Source: Pyrinomonadaceae bacterium
GTDB lineage: Bacteria; Acidobacteriota; Blastocatellia; Pyrinomonadales; Pyrinomonadaceae
Assembly: GCA_036006625.1 (NCBI GenBank)
Contig: DASYPN010000260.1
Coordinates: 295 to 64,294 of the forward strand
Length of the DNA: 64,000 nucleotides
Reading direction: 5' to 3'
Below are positions 52,394 to 61,328 of the stretch, piece after piece; the stretch's first letter is position 1, and every line of letters begins with the position of its first letter. The notes beneath the pieces are model-generated. The model had not been told where the DNA came from and ran no database searches. It was given only the letters and a program-made list of their open reading frames with translations. Position numbers and translations under genes: made by a program.

Positions 52394-54214
52394 TTAGAGA
52401 ATTCTGAAGGTCGCCGTATTACTAACGAGGCTTCGTGAAAACACCCTTACCCTACAAGTCCCCGAACTCAAACCGTTGGGCAGACGGAATGTGACCTGAC
52501 TGAACGGCAAGTCAGTAAACTGGTGCACATCAATCGGAGCAATCTCAAACGACTTGTTACTACTATCTATAAGATTGACAATCGCCCCTGATTCGAATGT
52601 TTCCGGCAAATTCTGAGTGAAAATCACCACTCTCGTATTCTGATCCGCCGCTGGCAGGAAGAGATCGGCAGTATTAACCAGCAAAAACGGATCTCTGACA
52701 TGGAGAATCGAATCGAAAATCGCTGCCTGATCGGCGGCTGGTCCGGATTGTTCCAAAACTATCTGAGGCGCCAGCCCGCCGACGACACAGTTGTCCTGAT
52801 TCCAGTTCAGCTTGATCGGACCAACATCTCCCCCGTCGCCGTCGTCGAATCCATCTACAGCGATTTTGTATATGGTTCCGGCGGTTGCGGTGAAGTTAAT
52901 GACACTGGTCTGCACCACCCCCAAAACTTCATCGTCGTTTTTATCAATAGCTACCAAACCATTGACTGCTGTTCCCGTGTAAACGGCGAGCACCGTGTCG
53001 TAGTTACTTCCGCTCGTATCGATCTTTACGTGGGCAGTAACTGGGGCCTGCCATTGATACCACACCGAGTGGGTGCCACCCGTGCCGTCAAATAAATGGT
53101 TTGGTTCTCCGGGTTCGTGAGTAGCACCCACGTTTGTGCCGGCTACCACGCCGCTACACCCGGTAATTACTTGCGCGGACAAGAAATTATCGTTTGGAGG
53201 CGGCGACGGCGTCGGTGTTGGCGTAGGTGTCACGCCGTTGTTCCAGCCAATATCCAGCAAAAGGCGTAACGTAAGATCCTGTGGCGGCTGAACACTGTGC
53301 GTCAGATCATCGTTGATGGCCGGTTCCATCAATTGATTGGGGAAGAGGGTCGTATCCCAATGGGAAACTGACGAACCTACCTCAACAGGATTAGGTGCAT
53401 ACACGCGGGCATGATTCGAATTATCCGCGCCAGCATTCAACACGCTCGGTACACTTGCGGTTACCTGCGGACCAATCCAAACCAACTTCCCTGTGTCGAC
53501 CCCAGCGGTGATTCGTTCGCTGTTGCTCATCTCCGAATAGAGTTTGCCGGTGGTGACGTCGAGCAGGAATCGATCATATATGGTGGGCGTTGCTCCAGGC
53601 TGGATGCCGGTTTCCTCGTCGGTGAACGACGAGAAACCAAGGCCGTGACCAAACTCGTGCAGGGCCACAGTGACCAGATCGATGCCGGAATTGCCATGGT
53701 TGTTATCAAGGCCGTAATACCAGGTTCTGCTGGGTAAACAGCCTGCGGCGCCGATGCGAGTGTTGAATCTCGCGGTTATTTCGACAGTTGATCCATTTAG
53801 ATCACTTCCTGAAAGCGCGTTCGCAAGGGCCTCGGTGTACAACGTAAACGGAACGGCACCCAGGAAGTTCTTTTCTGCACCCTGACTTCCGGCAGATGCG
53901 AGCGTGGCGCCATCGGTCGCGCAGAACAAATCATTTCGCCACGTTGCACCAATGACGATCGGAACATTACTGTTCAGAACCGCTCCCCAGAGATTAGCCG
54001 CATGTTGAGCAGCAATTAACCGTTGCTGCCCCAGGGTGGTGCCGCTGTTTCCGCCAATTGGAGAAACAGGTGTGTTGTCGTTGAAACCAACGCCTGCCCC
54101 GTCGTTATTTTTAACGGTGACCGTTGCGGCGCCAAAGGCAGAGGAGGAAATAATAAGAACCGTCGCAAGCGCGAACAGGAGGACAGGTAGTCTGGCGGGT
54201 AAATACATATTCAT
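52394..54214 (-). CDS. Secreted zinc-metalloprotease-like protein (HEFGHGLGFS motif) with PT linker, pre-peptidase-C-like and Ig-like C-terminal domains
   Basis: Signal peptide; VALHEFGHGLGFSSF; SSVSHWD...LMEP; TPTPTPTPSPPP; NDNF..ATHEPGEP..SVWYQW..DTVLAVYTG. The family assignment (metzincin or leishmanolysin-like) is uncertain. Confidence 0.7.
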   Translation of the reverse strand: MNMYLPARLPVLLFALATVLIISSSAFGAATVTVKNNDGAGVGFNDNTPVSPIGGNSGTTLGQQRLIAAQHAANLWGAVLNSNVPIVIGATWRNDLFCATDGATLASAGSQGAEKNFLGAVPFTLYTEALANALSGSDLNGSTVEITARFNTRIGAAGCLPSRTWYYGLDNNHGNSGIDLVTVALHEFGHGLGFSSFTDEETGIQPGATPTIYDRFLLDVTTGKLYSEMSNSERITAGVDTGKLVWIGPQVTASVPSVLNAGADNSNHARVYAPNPVEVGSSVSHWDTTLFPNQLMEPAINDDLTHSVQPPQDLTLRLLLDIGWNNGVTPTPTPTPSPPPNDNFLSAQVITGCSGVVAGTNVGATHEPGEPNHLFDGTGGTHSVWYQWQAPVTAHVKIDTSGSNYDTVLAVYTGTAVNGLVAIDKNDDEVLGVVQTSVINFTATAGTIYKIAVDGFDDGDGGDVGPIKLNWNQDNCVVGGLAPQIVLEQSGPAADQAAIFDSILHVRDPFLLVNTADLFLPAADQNTRVVIFTQNLPETFESGAIVNLIDSSNKSFEIAPIDVHQFTDLPFSQVTFRLPNGLSSGTCRVRVFSRSLVSNTATFRIL

Positions 54215-54219
54215 TTCGG

Positions 54220-54771
54220 TTAGTTCTTCTGTTGCGCATTGTTAAGCGGCTGAATGGGGCCTTTGCCACCCTCAACGCCGAGAAGCTTCGGATCGATTCC
54301 CGTGGCTGCTGCTGCCGATCGAGGAGTATCAACGCACGACATCGAAAGCGTGCCATCCTCACGTTCGCGAGCTACTACGACGTGCTGGAACCGATCTTCG
54401 AGATCCATAGACACGGAACCGTCTGCGCGTTGGACTTCCTTCAGTCCCTCCGCCGACTTATTCACCATTTTCTTGAGACTCTCGGCTAGCTCTTGAGCTT
54501 CCTGGGCGGTAAGCGGCTTCAGTTTTCCTGTTTGACGATCAACCTGGACGTCCTGGCCGGCGACTTTGACAGTCATATATTTCTTGGCACTCGAATCTTT
54601 CGGCGCGGAGGTGTTCTCGGGCTGCGAGGTTTGTTTCCCCGCAACTAATTGCCTGGATACAGCTGATATTGCAGCGATAACGAGAACAACCGAGGCCAAA
54701 GCGATCAGCACGGGCAGACGCCGGGCTTTGGTCGCAGAATCATGCTTCTTTGTTTTCTTTCGCTTCTTCAT
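54220..54771 (-). CDS. Hypothetical N-terminally anchored protein, probably co-transcribed with the metalloprotease
   Basis: Basic N-terminus MKKRKKTKKH followed by a TM helix (LPVLIALASVVLVIAAISAV). It ends 5 nt before the protease start. Confidence 0.6.
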   Translation of the reverse strand: MKKRKKTKKHDSATKARRLPVLIALASVVLVIAAISAVSRQLVAGKQTSQPENTSAPKDSSAKKYMTVKVAGQDVQVDRQTGKLKPLTAQEAQELAESLKKMVNKSAEGLKEVQRADGSVSMDLEDRFQHVVVAREREDGTLSMSCVDTPRSAAAATGIDPKLLGVEGGKGPIQPLNNAQQKN

Positions 54772-55050
54772 TCGTCCCTCTTCGTTTGGGCTGATTGATA
54801 GTCATTATGGGAGTTGGGAGAACCAATTACTTCCGTGGATTTGCCGTTTGTGATCATTTAGACGCACCAAAATCGGGGGTATGCGTCAGTTACTTTCCTG
54901 GACTTACAACGCTGGGCTACAGGTGAAGCCGATCTTTGAGGCTTAGGCAACCGCCTTGGTTGCCCGCGTATTATCGCGCGGCCTCCAGCATCGTTCAAGG
55001 CAAAGTTTGCCGCCCGTAATATGACGAGCGAGGGGGCCTATGCCGTAGGC

Positions 55051-57543
55051 TTATCGTGCGCGTTGGCCGATCTGTTCGGTGCCGAAGCTGCCGATGCCGT
55101 TGAGACGGAAGGCAAAAACGACTCGGTTCTCTTTACGCAGGCCCACGTTGAAACTGGAGAACTGGGCGGTCGCAGCACAACAATCCCACGCGTGCCCGAT
55201 CGTTATCGTCGAGCTGATGAGCGAGCTGTCGCCTCTGCCGGGCCGCTTCTGGAAGTCGAAAAAGAACGACGCGCCGCCATACCAACCACGATCGCGATTA
55301 CCCAGAAACACCGACGGACTCCACTGCGATCCACGCACCGTGCCCGCCTCGATCCCAGTCGGATCGGCAAACCTTGCCAGCTCGGGTGCGAGCTCGATCG
55401 CACGCGTGTAGTAAAAGCTCTGGAAGATCTCAATGAGCGACTTTTGAAATCCGAAAGTCGTCGACAGCGAGCGCATCTCAAGACTGCGTGAATCGATGTC
55501 CGTCCGGAAATCCACGAAGAGATGCCGGCGTGGGCGGTAGCGCGCATCGATATTGACCGGTGAGAAACGTCGCGGCACGCCGCCATACACAAATCCGGAA
55601 AGCGTATTGATTGGGTAAAACTGATTGCGCTGGTTGGTCAGCAACGCGCCGCCGAAGAACGGATCAAAAAAGTATTTGCCGCGCAGCGTGATCGTCAACG
55701 CTTCGTACGGCTGACTCGACAGCAAGGGCCTGTTCTGCCCGTCCGTGTCTTTCACAGACACATCACTCACGTTTTCAGTCGAACGACGCGTGAAGAAACG
55801 ATTGGCAACGCCGAACTCGATCTCGTTTGTGTCGGCAATCGCGTCGATGTAATCGAAGCGAATGATGCGATCGAAGTTGTTAATGCCGGTCAGCCTTCGA
55901 TAAGTCACGTACGGCTCAATCACGTGACGAAAGAAGAAGTTGCCACCACGACGGAAGTCTCTCGCAAACGCCGGCGGCCGCACGTCGAGTTCAAACTCTC
56001 CGTAAGATCTCGTCAGGTTACGACTCAGCACATCACGTGTGTTCGGATCGAGTGAGTTGGAATAGAACGTAACTCGCCCGGCGCCCGTTGCAGTGATGGT
56101 CCACCCAGCGAAATTCAGTGGCAACTCAAATCGCGGATACAGATCGAGTCGCTGCACGATCGACGGCGTGATGATCGGATTCCCGCCGACGTCATTCACA
56201 AACTGCACGGCATCTTCAACAGTCTCTTTCCGGCTCACGCCGTCGGCAGAACCACTGAAAGAAAAATAGAGCGGCAGATCTTTGAAGAAACTAACGATGC
56301 CCGGACGCTTATCGATGCTGATACTCGGCAACTGGCGGATGCGAATACGCGCATTCGTGAGCGAGGTCACCTGCGTGCGTGCGAGAAAGTTAAAGCTGTA
56401 CTCGTTGTGATCCTTGTTTATGAAAACCTGTGAAGTCTCTTCCGGCGAGATTGCTTGTTGAATGTTGTCCGAGAACACCTGCCGGAACGCAAGGTTGGAA
56501 GTGATGTTGACGTCGGCGACGGCGATGAAACCGTTCTTGAAATAGTGGACGCCGTCGACGTAAAGACTCGAACCACCTTGATCGGGATGAGCAGCGTCGG
56601 CGGATGGTCCGAAGATCCGATCTTTGACTGCATAAAATCCGAAGTTGAGATAAGAGCGCGAATTGGCGCGCGTGCGCAGGTCGCCACCAAATCCGAGTCC
56701 GCGCGCAGTGTAGATGTCGCTACGGAAAGTGAAATCTGCTGAGCGACCGAGTGTCAGATAGTAACCATTCGACAACCGCGCGCCCTTTGCGCCGGAGCCG
56801 CCAAACGTCGGCGTCAAGAATCCCGAAGCACGATCGCGCGCCTTAATCGAAACTGAAGCATACGGCAGCCAGAACACTGGGACGTTTTTCAGTTTCAGTT
56901 TTGGTCCGGAGACGTAAACGCGGTCGCCGGTTTTGATTCGCGTCTTGGCCGCGTGAAAGCTCCACTTCGGAACGTCTTCGTCACAGGCTGTGACCTGAAC
57001 GTTCGTGGCGACAATCGTGTCGAGACTGATCTTCTCGACGCGATCTGCTGTGAAGTAAATGCGTGTGCCGTCCTGAGTCTGGTTTGTATAGCCGGTTGAG
57101 TCGACGAAGTAACCGGTCTTCGTGCGGTAGTTCCACTCGCCACGCGATCCGGTGATGCGTTGCTGATCCGCCTGATCGAAAACGACGTTGCCTTCCGCGA
57201 CGACACGATTCTCAGCGTCGTAGACGGTGACTTTGTCTGCCTGCAAACGATAAGTGCCGATGCGGATATCGACGTTGCCTTCGTAGACGACAACGCGCGC
57301 GTTTTCAGGTCCAGAGCCACTTTCCTTCCCAGCCGTCACCTTCAGCTCGTCGGTGGCTACACCCTGCACGCCACCTTGCGTTCTGGGACGACGCTGCGCA
57401 GGTTGATCTGTATTAAGAGGATTGACGTTGGGAGTGTCCGTCATCGGATTCGCGACTTTGCGATCGACCGGATTTGGTTGCTGCGCGGATACAAACTGGC
57501 AAGCAAATATGAGAGTTATGATAGCCAGGGGATAACGGGTCAT
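55051..57543 (-). CDS. lptD: LPS-assembly outer-membrane protein LptD (OstA family)
   Basis: The ORF track starts at 57714, inside a family A repeat. ATG 57543 gives the signal peptide MTRYPLAIITLIFACQFVSA. The OstA-like N-domain has VVYEGNVDIRIGTYRLQADKVTVYD..AEGNVVF, followed by a large beta-barrel region. Confidence 0.85.
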   Translation of the reverse strand: MTRYPLAIITLIFACQFVSAQQPNPVDRKVANPMTDTPNVNPLNTDQPAQRRPRTQGGVQGVATDELKVTAGKESGSGPENARVVVYEGNVDIRIGTYRLQADKVTVYDAENRVVAEGNVVFDQADQQRITGSRGEWNYRTKTGYFVDSTGYTNQTQDGTRIYFTADRVEKISLDTIVATNVQVTACDEDVPKWSFHAAKTRIKTGDRVYVSGPKLKLKNVPVFWLPYASVSIKARDRASGFLTPTFGGSGAKGARLSNGYYLTLGRSADFTFRSDIYTARGLGFGGDLRTRANSRSYLNFGFYAVKDRIFGPSADAAHPDQGGSSLYVDGVHYFKNGFIAVADVNITSNLAFRQVFSDNIQQAISPEETSQVFINKDHNEYSFNFLARTQVTSLTNARIRIRQLPSISIDKRPGIVSFFKDLPLYFSFSGSADGVSRKETVEDAVQFVNDVGGNPIITPSIVQRLDLYPRFELPLNFAGWTITATGAGRVTFYSNSLDPNTRDVLSRNLTRSYGEFELDVRPPAFARDFRRGGNFFFRHVIEPYVTYRRLTGINNFDRIIRFDYIDAIADTNEIEFGVANRFFTRRSTENVSDVSVKDTDGQNRPLLSSQPYEALTITLRGKYFFDPFFGGALLTNQRNQFYPINTLSGFVYGGVPRRFSPVNIDARYRPRRHLFVDFRTDIDSRSLEMRSLSTTFGFQKSLIEIFQSFYYTRAIELAPELARFADPTGIEAGTVRGSQWSPSVFLGNRDRGWYGGASFFFDFQKRPGRGDSSLISSTITIGHAWDCCAATAQFSSFNVGLRKENRVVFAFRLNGIGSFGTEQIGQRAR

Positions 57544-57610
57544 ATAGCGCGCGTGGATGCTAGCACGAATGTCGTGTTTTGTGCTTTCGAAGTTTGAAGC
57601 GGTATTGGGC

Positions 57611-57740
57611 GTAACTGTAGGGGCGGCCCTCGGTGGCCGCCCGTGGTTTAGGCACGGGTTCAAGAAGCGACGGTTTCGGAATTGGTGAATCCGATCAAAG
57701 CCACGGGCGGCCACGGAGGGCCGCCCCTACAGTACGTTCC
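57611..57740. repeat. Family A element, composite form (more diverged)
   Basis: GTAACTGTAGGGGCGGCCCTCGGTGGCCGCCCGTGG ... CCACGGGCGGCCACGGAGGGCCGCCCCTACAGTACGTTCC, located in the divergent region upstream of lptD. Confidence 0.8.
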
Positions 57741-57879
57741 GTGGCGCCCGGGGAACGATGCTTCCGCGGCGCATGAATGAACTTGGTACATAAGTGGACG
57801 GAAATAGAGCGCGGGTTACACCTCAACAGCGATGTTTCCAAGCATCATAACTGGCACCTTCCTTGCTCTTTTAACCGGT

Positions 57880-58464
57880 ATGAAGACGAGCATATACCTG
57901 AGCGTCGTAGTGTGCGCGCTTCTCGCAACGGCAGCGATCGCGCAGGACAAATCAGCCCTTGCGCCACCAACCGTCATCACCCCGGCAGACAAAGCCACAA
58001 TTCAAACTTTCGAAAACCAGGTCAAGGACTACGTCGACCTTCGCAACAAGCTAAAAACAAACGCGCCGAAGCTCTCAAAAGACAGCACGCCCGAACAGAT
58101 TCACGCATATCGCACAGCTCTCGAACAATCACTGCGCTCAGCACGCGCAGGCGCTAAACGCGGCGATCTCTTCCGACCCGAAACCGCCGATTACATCCGC
58201 CGCACTCTGAAGATCGAATTCCAGGGCAAGGACCGAGCAGAGCTGCGCGACACAGTCTTCGAAACGGAAACACAAGGCGTGGTCCTGCGAGTGAACTATC
58301 CGTACGCGCAATCGGCTGAGTTCTCGGAAATGCCCGCAACGCTCCTGACGAAGCTGCCGCAACTGCCGAAAGAAGTCAGATACCGATTTGTCGGACGAAA
58401 CATGTTGCTGGTGGATCGTGAGAGCAACGTGATCATCGACTACATGCCCGACGCACTACCATAA
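57880..58464 (+). CDS. Hypothetical secreted protein
   Basis: I prefer ATG 57880 (MKTSIYLSVVVCALLATAAIA signal peptide). I recognised no family. Confidence 0.55.
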   Translation: MKTSIYLSVVVCALLATAAIAQDKSALAPPTVITPADKATIQTFENQVKDYVDLRNKLKTNAPKLSKDSTPEQIHAYRTALEQSLRSARAGAKRGDLFRPETADYIRRTLKIEFQGKDRAELRDTVFETETQGVVLRVNYPYAQSAEFSEMPATLLTKLPQLPKEVRYRFVGRNMLLVDRESNVIIDYMPDALP

Positions 58465-58474
58465 GGATTGAACC

Positions 58475-59365
58475 ATGCAGAGAAATTTCTTACTTGCACT
58501 CCTTATTTGCGCAACTCTTTGCTTCCCGGCATCAGCACAGCGACTCAACAACGCCGACGTAAAGACCGCGCCAGTAAAACTGACGCTGCCGGTTAAAGAC
58601 GGCTCAGTTCGTTTTGCAGTGATCGGCGACACGGGGTCAGGGACGGACAAACAGCGAGACGTTGGCAGCATGATGGCCCAATATCGCGTGGCCTTTCCGT
58701 TCGAGTTTGTCTTGATGATGGGCGACAACATGTACGGCGGTGAAGCGCCGGCGGACTTCGAGAAGAAGTTTTCTGAACCCTACAAAGCGCTGCTCGACAA
58801 CAAAGTGAAGTTCTATGCCAGTCTTGGAAATCACGATCAGTCGCTGCAAACGAATTACACCAACTTCAATATGAACGGTAAGGAGTATTACCGGTTCAAG
58901 AAGGGCAACGTCGCTTTCTATGCACTCAACAGCAACTACATGGACAAGAAGCAGGTGGAGTGGTTGGAGAGCGAGCTATCGAAAGACACATCGGAGTGGA
59001 AGGTTTGTTTCTTTCATCACCCGCCGTATTCGTCTGCAAAAGCCCACGGCTCTGATCCGCAATTGCGAGAAGTTGTCGAACCGATCTTCATCAAGTACGG
59101 CGTGAACGTAGTCCTGACAGGTCACGATCACGTGTATGAACGCATCAAGCCGCAGAAAGGGATTTACTATTTTGTGTCGGGCGCAGGTGGCAAACTCAGA
59201 AGCGGCGACGTCAAAGACACATTGCAGCTAACAGAAAAGTCATATGACCGCGACCTGCACTTCATGCTGTTTGAAGTAGCGGGAGATCAGATGTACTTTC
59301 AGGCGATTTCAAGAACAGGTGAGACAATTGACTCGGGCGTAATCACACGGAAGAAGAATTCGTGA
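58475..59365 (+). CDS. Calcineurin-like metallophosphoesterase (purple-acid-phosphatase-like), secreted
   Basis: GDTGSG, GDNMY, GNHD, HHPPYS and GHDHVYER. Confidence 0.85.
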   Translation: MQRNFLLALLICATLCFPASAQRLNNADVKTAPVKLTLPVKDGSVRFAVIGDTGSGTDKQRDVGSMMAQYRVAFPFEFVLMMGDNMYGGEAPADFEKKFSEPYKALLDNKVKFYASLGNHDQSLQTNYTNFNMNGKEYYRFKKGNVAFYALNSNYMDKKQVEWLESELSKDTSEWKVCFFHHPPYSSAKAHGSDPQLREVVEPIFIKYGVNVVLTGHDHVYERIKPQKGIYYFVSGAGGKLRSGDVKDTLQLTEKSYDRDLHFMLFEVAGDQMYFQAISRTGETIDSGVITRKKNS

Positions 59366-59375
59366 AATCCGTGGC

Positions 59376-60056
59376 TCAGAATAACTTGAGATTCACGCCG
59401 ATATTGGGTTCGACACGACGCAGTAGATGTTCACCTTCATTCTTCACGTCGTTCACGTCGTAGCTGACTGCATGGCTGATCATCTCCGCTGCCGGGAAGG
59501 GCATCAGAATTTCTTTCAACTCAGGCTCTCTCGAATCTTCGTTAAGCCAGAAGTCATATAACTCAGGCGGCAGGATCACGGGCATGCGTGTGTGAATAGT
59601 TGATAACAACTCATTCGCCTTCGTAGTGATGATTGCGCAGGACGTGATCACGCGCTCGTTGGCGCGCCACTTATCCCAGACACCTGCAAATGCGAACGGC
59701 TCTCCATCCTTTAGCTGGAAATAGTAAGGCTGCGAAATCTTTCCGCTTCTTTCCCACTCGTAAAACCCATCTGCAAAAATCAGGCATCGTCGTTTTTGAA
59801 ACGACTCGTTAAAGCTCGCCTTTTCAGCAATCGTCTCGACGCGCGCGTTGATGATTCCCTTCGGCTCCTTGCTCCAGAACGGAATCAGTCCCCACTGAAG
59901 CATCCGGGCTTCACGAGTCTTCTCGCGCTCGACGACGGTAAGAACATCCTGCGTCGGCGCGATGTTGTAGCGCGGCGGCAAAGGCGGAAGATCCGTGTCC
60001 TCGAAATTAATGATGTTGATCCGGCGTGGTTGTTTAAGTGTAAATCGACCGCACAT
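59376..60056 (-). CDS. SOS-response-associated peptidase (SRAP/YedK family)
   Basis: I prefer ATG 60056, giving MCGRF with the Cys2 nucleophile. Also NIAPTQ, LIPFWSK and FYEW. Confidence 0.85.
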   Translation of the reverse strand: MCGRFTLKQPRRINIINFEDTDLPPLPPRYNIAPTQDVLTVVEREKTREARMLQWGLIPFWSKEPKGIINARVETIAEKASFNESFQKRRCLIFADGFYEWERSGKISQPYYFQLKDGEPFAFAGVWDKWRANERVITSCAIITTKANELLSTIHTRMPVILPPELYDFWLNEDSREPELKEILMPFPAAEMISHAVSYDVNDVKNEGEHLLRRVEPNIGVNLKLF

Positions 60057-60082
60057 TTTGCGTAAATCTGTGATTAAAAATA

Positions 60083-60475
60083 TCAGGCTTGAAGCGCGCG
60101 ATGGACCAGCAGCGTATCGACGTACTGAACAAAGCGAATCGCTTTTCCATCCTGAAGTTTCCACACATGAGCGAAGTTTGCTTGAAAGCTTTTACCAGTC
60201 GCCTTGTACGTGCCGCTGTACTTCCCTAACGCGACCACTGTCTCGCCGCCGTCAATGAATTCTTCGGGCACGGCGGCGAAGCCGTTCCATTCCGTGGCTA
60301 AGCGCATAAACACATCAGTCAGCACTGAGTTTGGTCCATGATACGTTCCGGCATACGGGAAGCCTTCGGCTTCGGTCCACGCGATGTCCCGGCTTAGAAA
60401 TCCGAGGACTGATGGAATATCTGCTTCGGCAAATGCCTGGTAAATGGCCTTAACTGTGTTGAGGTTGCTCAACAT
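60083..60475 (-). CDS. SnoaL-like / NTF2-fold protein
   Basis: I prefer ATG 60475. The 130-aa sequence (IYQAFAEADIPSVLGFLSRDIAW ... VWKLQDGKAIRFVQYVD) fits the ketosteroid-isomerase-like family pattern. Confidence 0.7.
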   Translation of the reverse strand: MLSNLNTVKAIYQAFAEADIPSVLGFLSRDIAWTEAEGFPYAGTYHGPNSVLTDVFMRLATEWNGFAAVPEEFIDGGETVVALGKYSGTYKATGKSFQANFAHVWKLQDGKAIRFVQYVDTLLVHRALQA

Positions 60476-60611
60476 TGGTCCCTTTCGTTTGGGCTTGGTG
60501 ATTAAAAGCGGCCATGCTATCACGGTAGGTATTTTGACCACAAAGAACCGAATTGGGTAGTGCATCAGTTTGGAATTACGCTACGGAGATAGACTCTATC
60601 AGCTTTAAAAT

Positions 60612-60815
60612 TACGCCGAAGGCGTTCGCTAATTTCAGCCCAGGGTTGGAGCGCAGCGACAACCCTGGGATCGGAACATCAAAATGATCGTTGAACCCTG
60701 ACAGGGTTCGCCAACCGCCTAACCCTTTCAGGGTTTCGTCGCAATTTAAAATTGTGTCCCAGGGTTCTCGCGCTGCTCGAACCCTGGGCTGAAATTAGCG
60801 AACGCCTTCGGCGTA
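60612..60815. mobile_element. Family D MITE-like element (~204 bp)
   Basis: The termini TACGCCGAAGGCGTTCGCTAATTTCAGCCCAGGGTT and AACCCTGGGCTGAAATTAGCGAACGCCTTCGGCGTA are perfect 36-nt inverted repeats. Internal hairpins include CCCAGGGTT..AACCCTGGG. No ORF. Only one copy lies in this window. Confidence 0.65.
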
Positions 60816-60851
60816 TTCATCAAATTTCCAACTGGCGCAACGAGGAATCAT

Positions 60852-61328
60852 ATGATCGACCAGATGAGAGCCAATGACTGGGAGCAGATGCGCTCGATTT
60901 ATCTCGAGGGCATTAGCAGTGGAAACAGTACCTTTGAAACGGACGCTCCATCGTGGGAGAAGTGGAATGAGAACCATCTGGAGATCGCACGCTTAGTGAT
61001 GCGCGATGAAGAAAGCGTGATCGGTTGGGCCGCCTTAAGTCCCGTATCGAAGCGCGATGTGTATCGCGGAGTCGCCGAAGTGACTGTGTATGTTACAGAG
61101 AGTGCGAGAGGAAAGGGAGTCGGTCGGGCGTTGCTCGAGGCTCTGATTGCCGAGTCGGAGAGGAATGGTATCTGGACACTCCAGGCGTCGATCTTTCCCG
61201 AGAATATCGCCAGCGTTGAATTACATTTACGGTGCGGGTTTCGTGAAGTTGGCAGGCGTGAGCGAATTGCGATGCTCCGTGGCGTCTGGCGCGACACGAT
61301 ATTGTTTGAGCGCCGCCGTCGCGACTGA
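60852..61328 (+). CDS. GNAT N-acetyltransferase (phosphinothricin-acetyltransferase-like)
   Basis: IYLEGISSGNSTFETDAPSWEKW, RGKGVGRALLEALI and the overall length of 158 aa. Confidence 0.8.
   Translation: MIDQMRANDWEQMRSIYLEGISSGNSTFETDAPSWEKWNENHLEIARLVMRDEESVIGWAALSPVSKRDVYRGVAEVTVYVTESARGKGVGRALLEALIAESERNGIWTLQASIFPENIASVELHLRCGFREVGRRERIAMLRGVWRDTILFERRRRD

Noticed and set aside
54772-55050. Possible small RNA or terminator in the 279-nt gap downstream of lptD (hairpins GGCAACC..GGTTGCC at 54946-54964 and GACGCA..TGCGTC).
   Set aside because: The stems are short (6-7 bp) with no adjoining U-tract on the relevant strand, and there is no similarity to any RNA family I can recognise. The evidence is insufficient to call a feature.
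55021-55491. 156-aa plus-strand ORF, together with the other ORFs overlapping lptD.
   Set aside because: It is antisense to the lptD C-terminal barrel and has an Arg/Ala-rich shadow composition.
59366-59378. Half-site GAAATCCGTGGC between the convergent phosphoesterase and SRAP genes.
   Set aside because: Only one arm of the family G hairpin is present, and a 12-nt match is too short to call a repeat copy.
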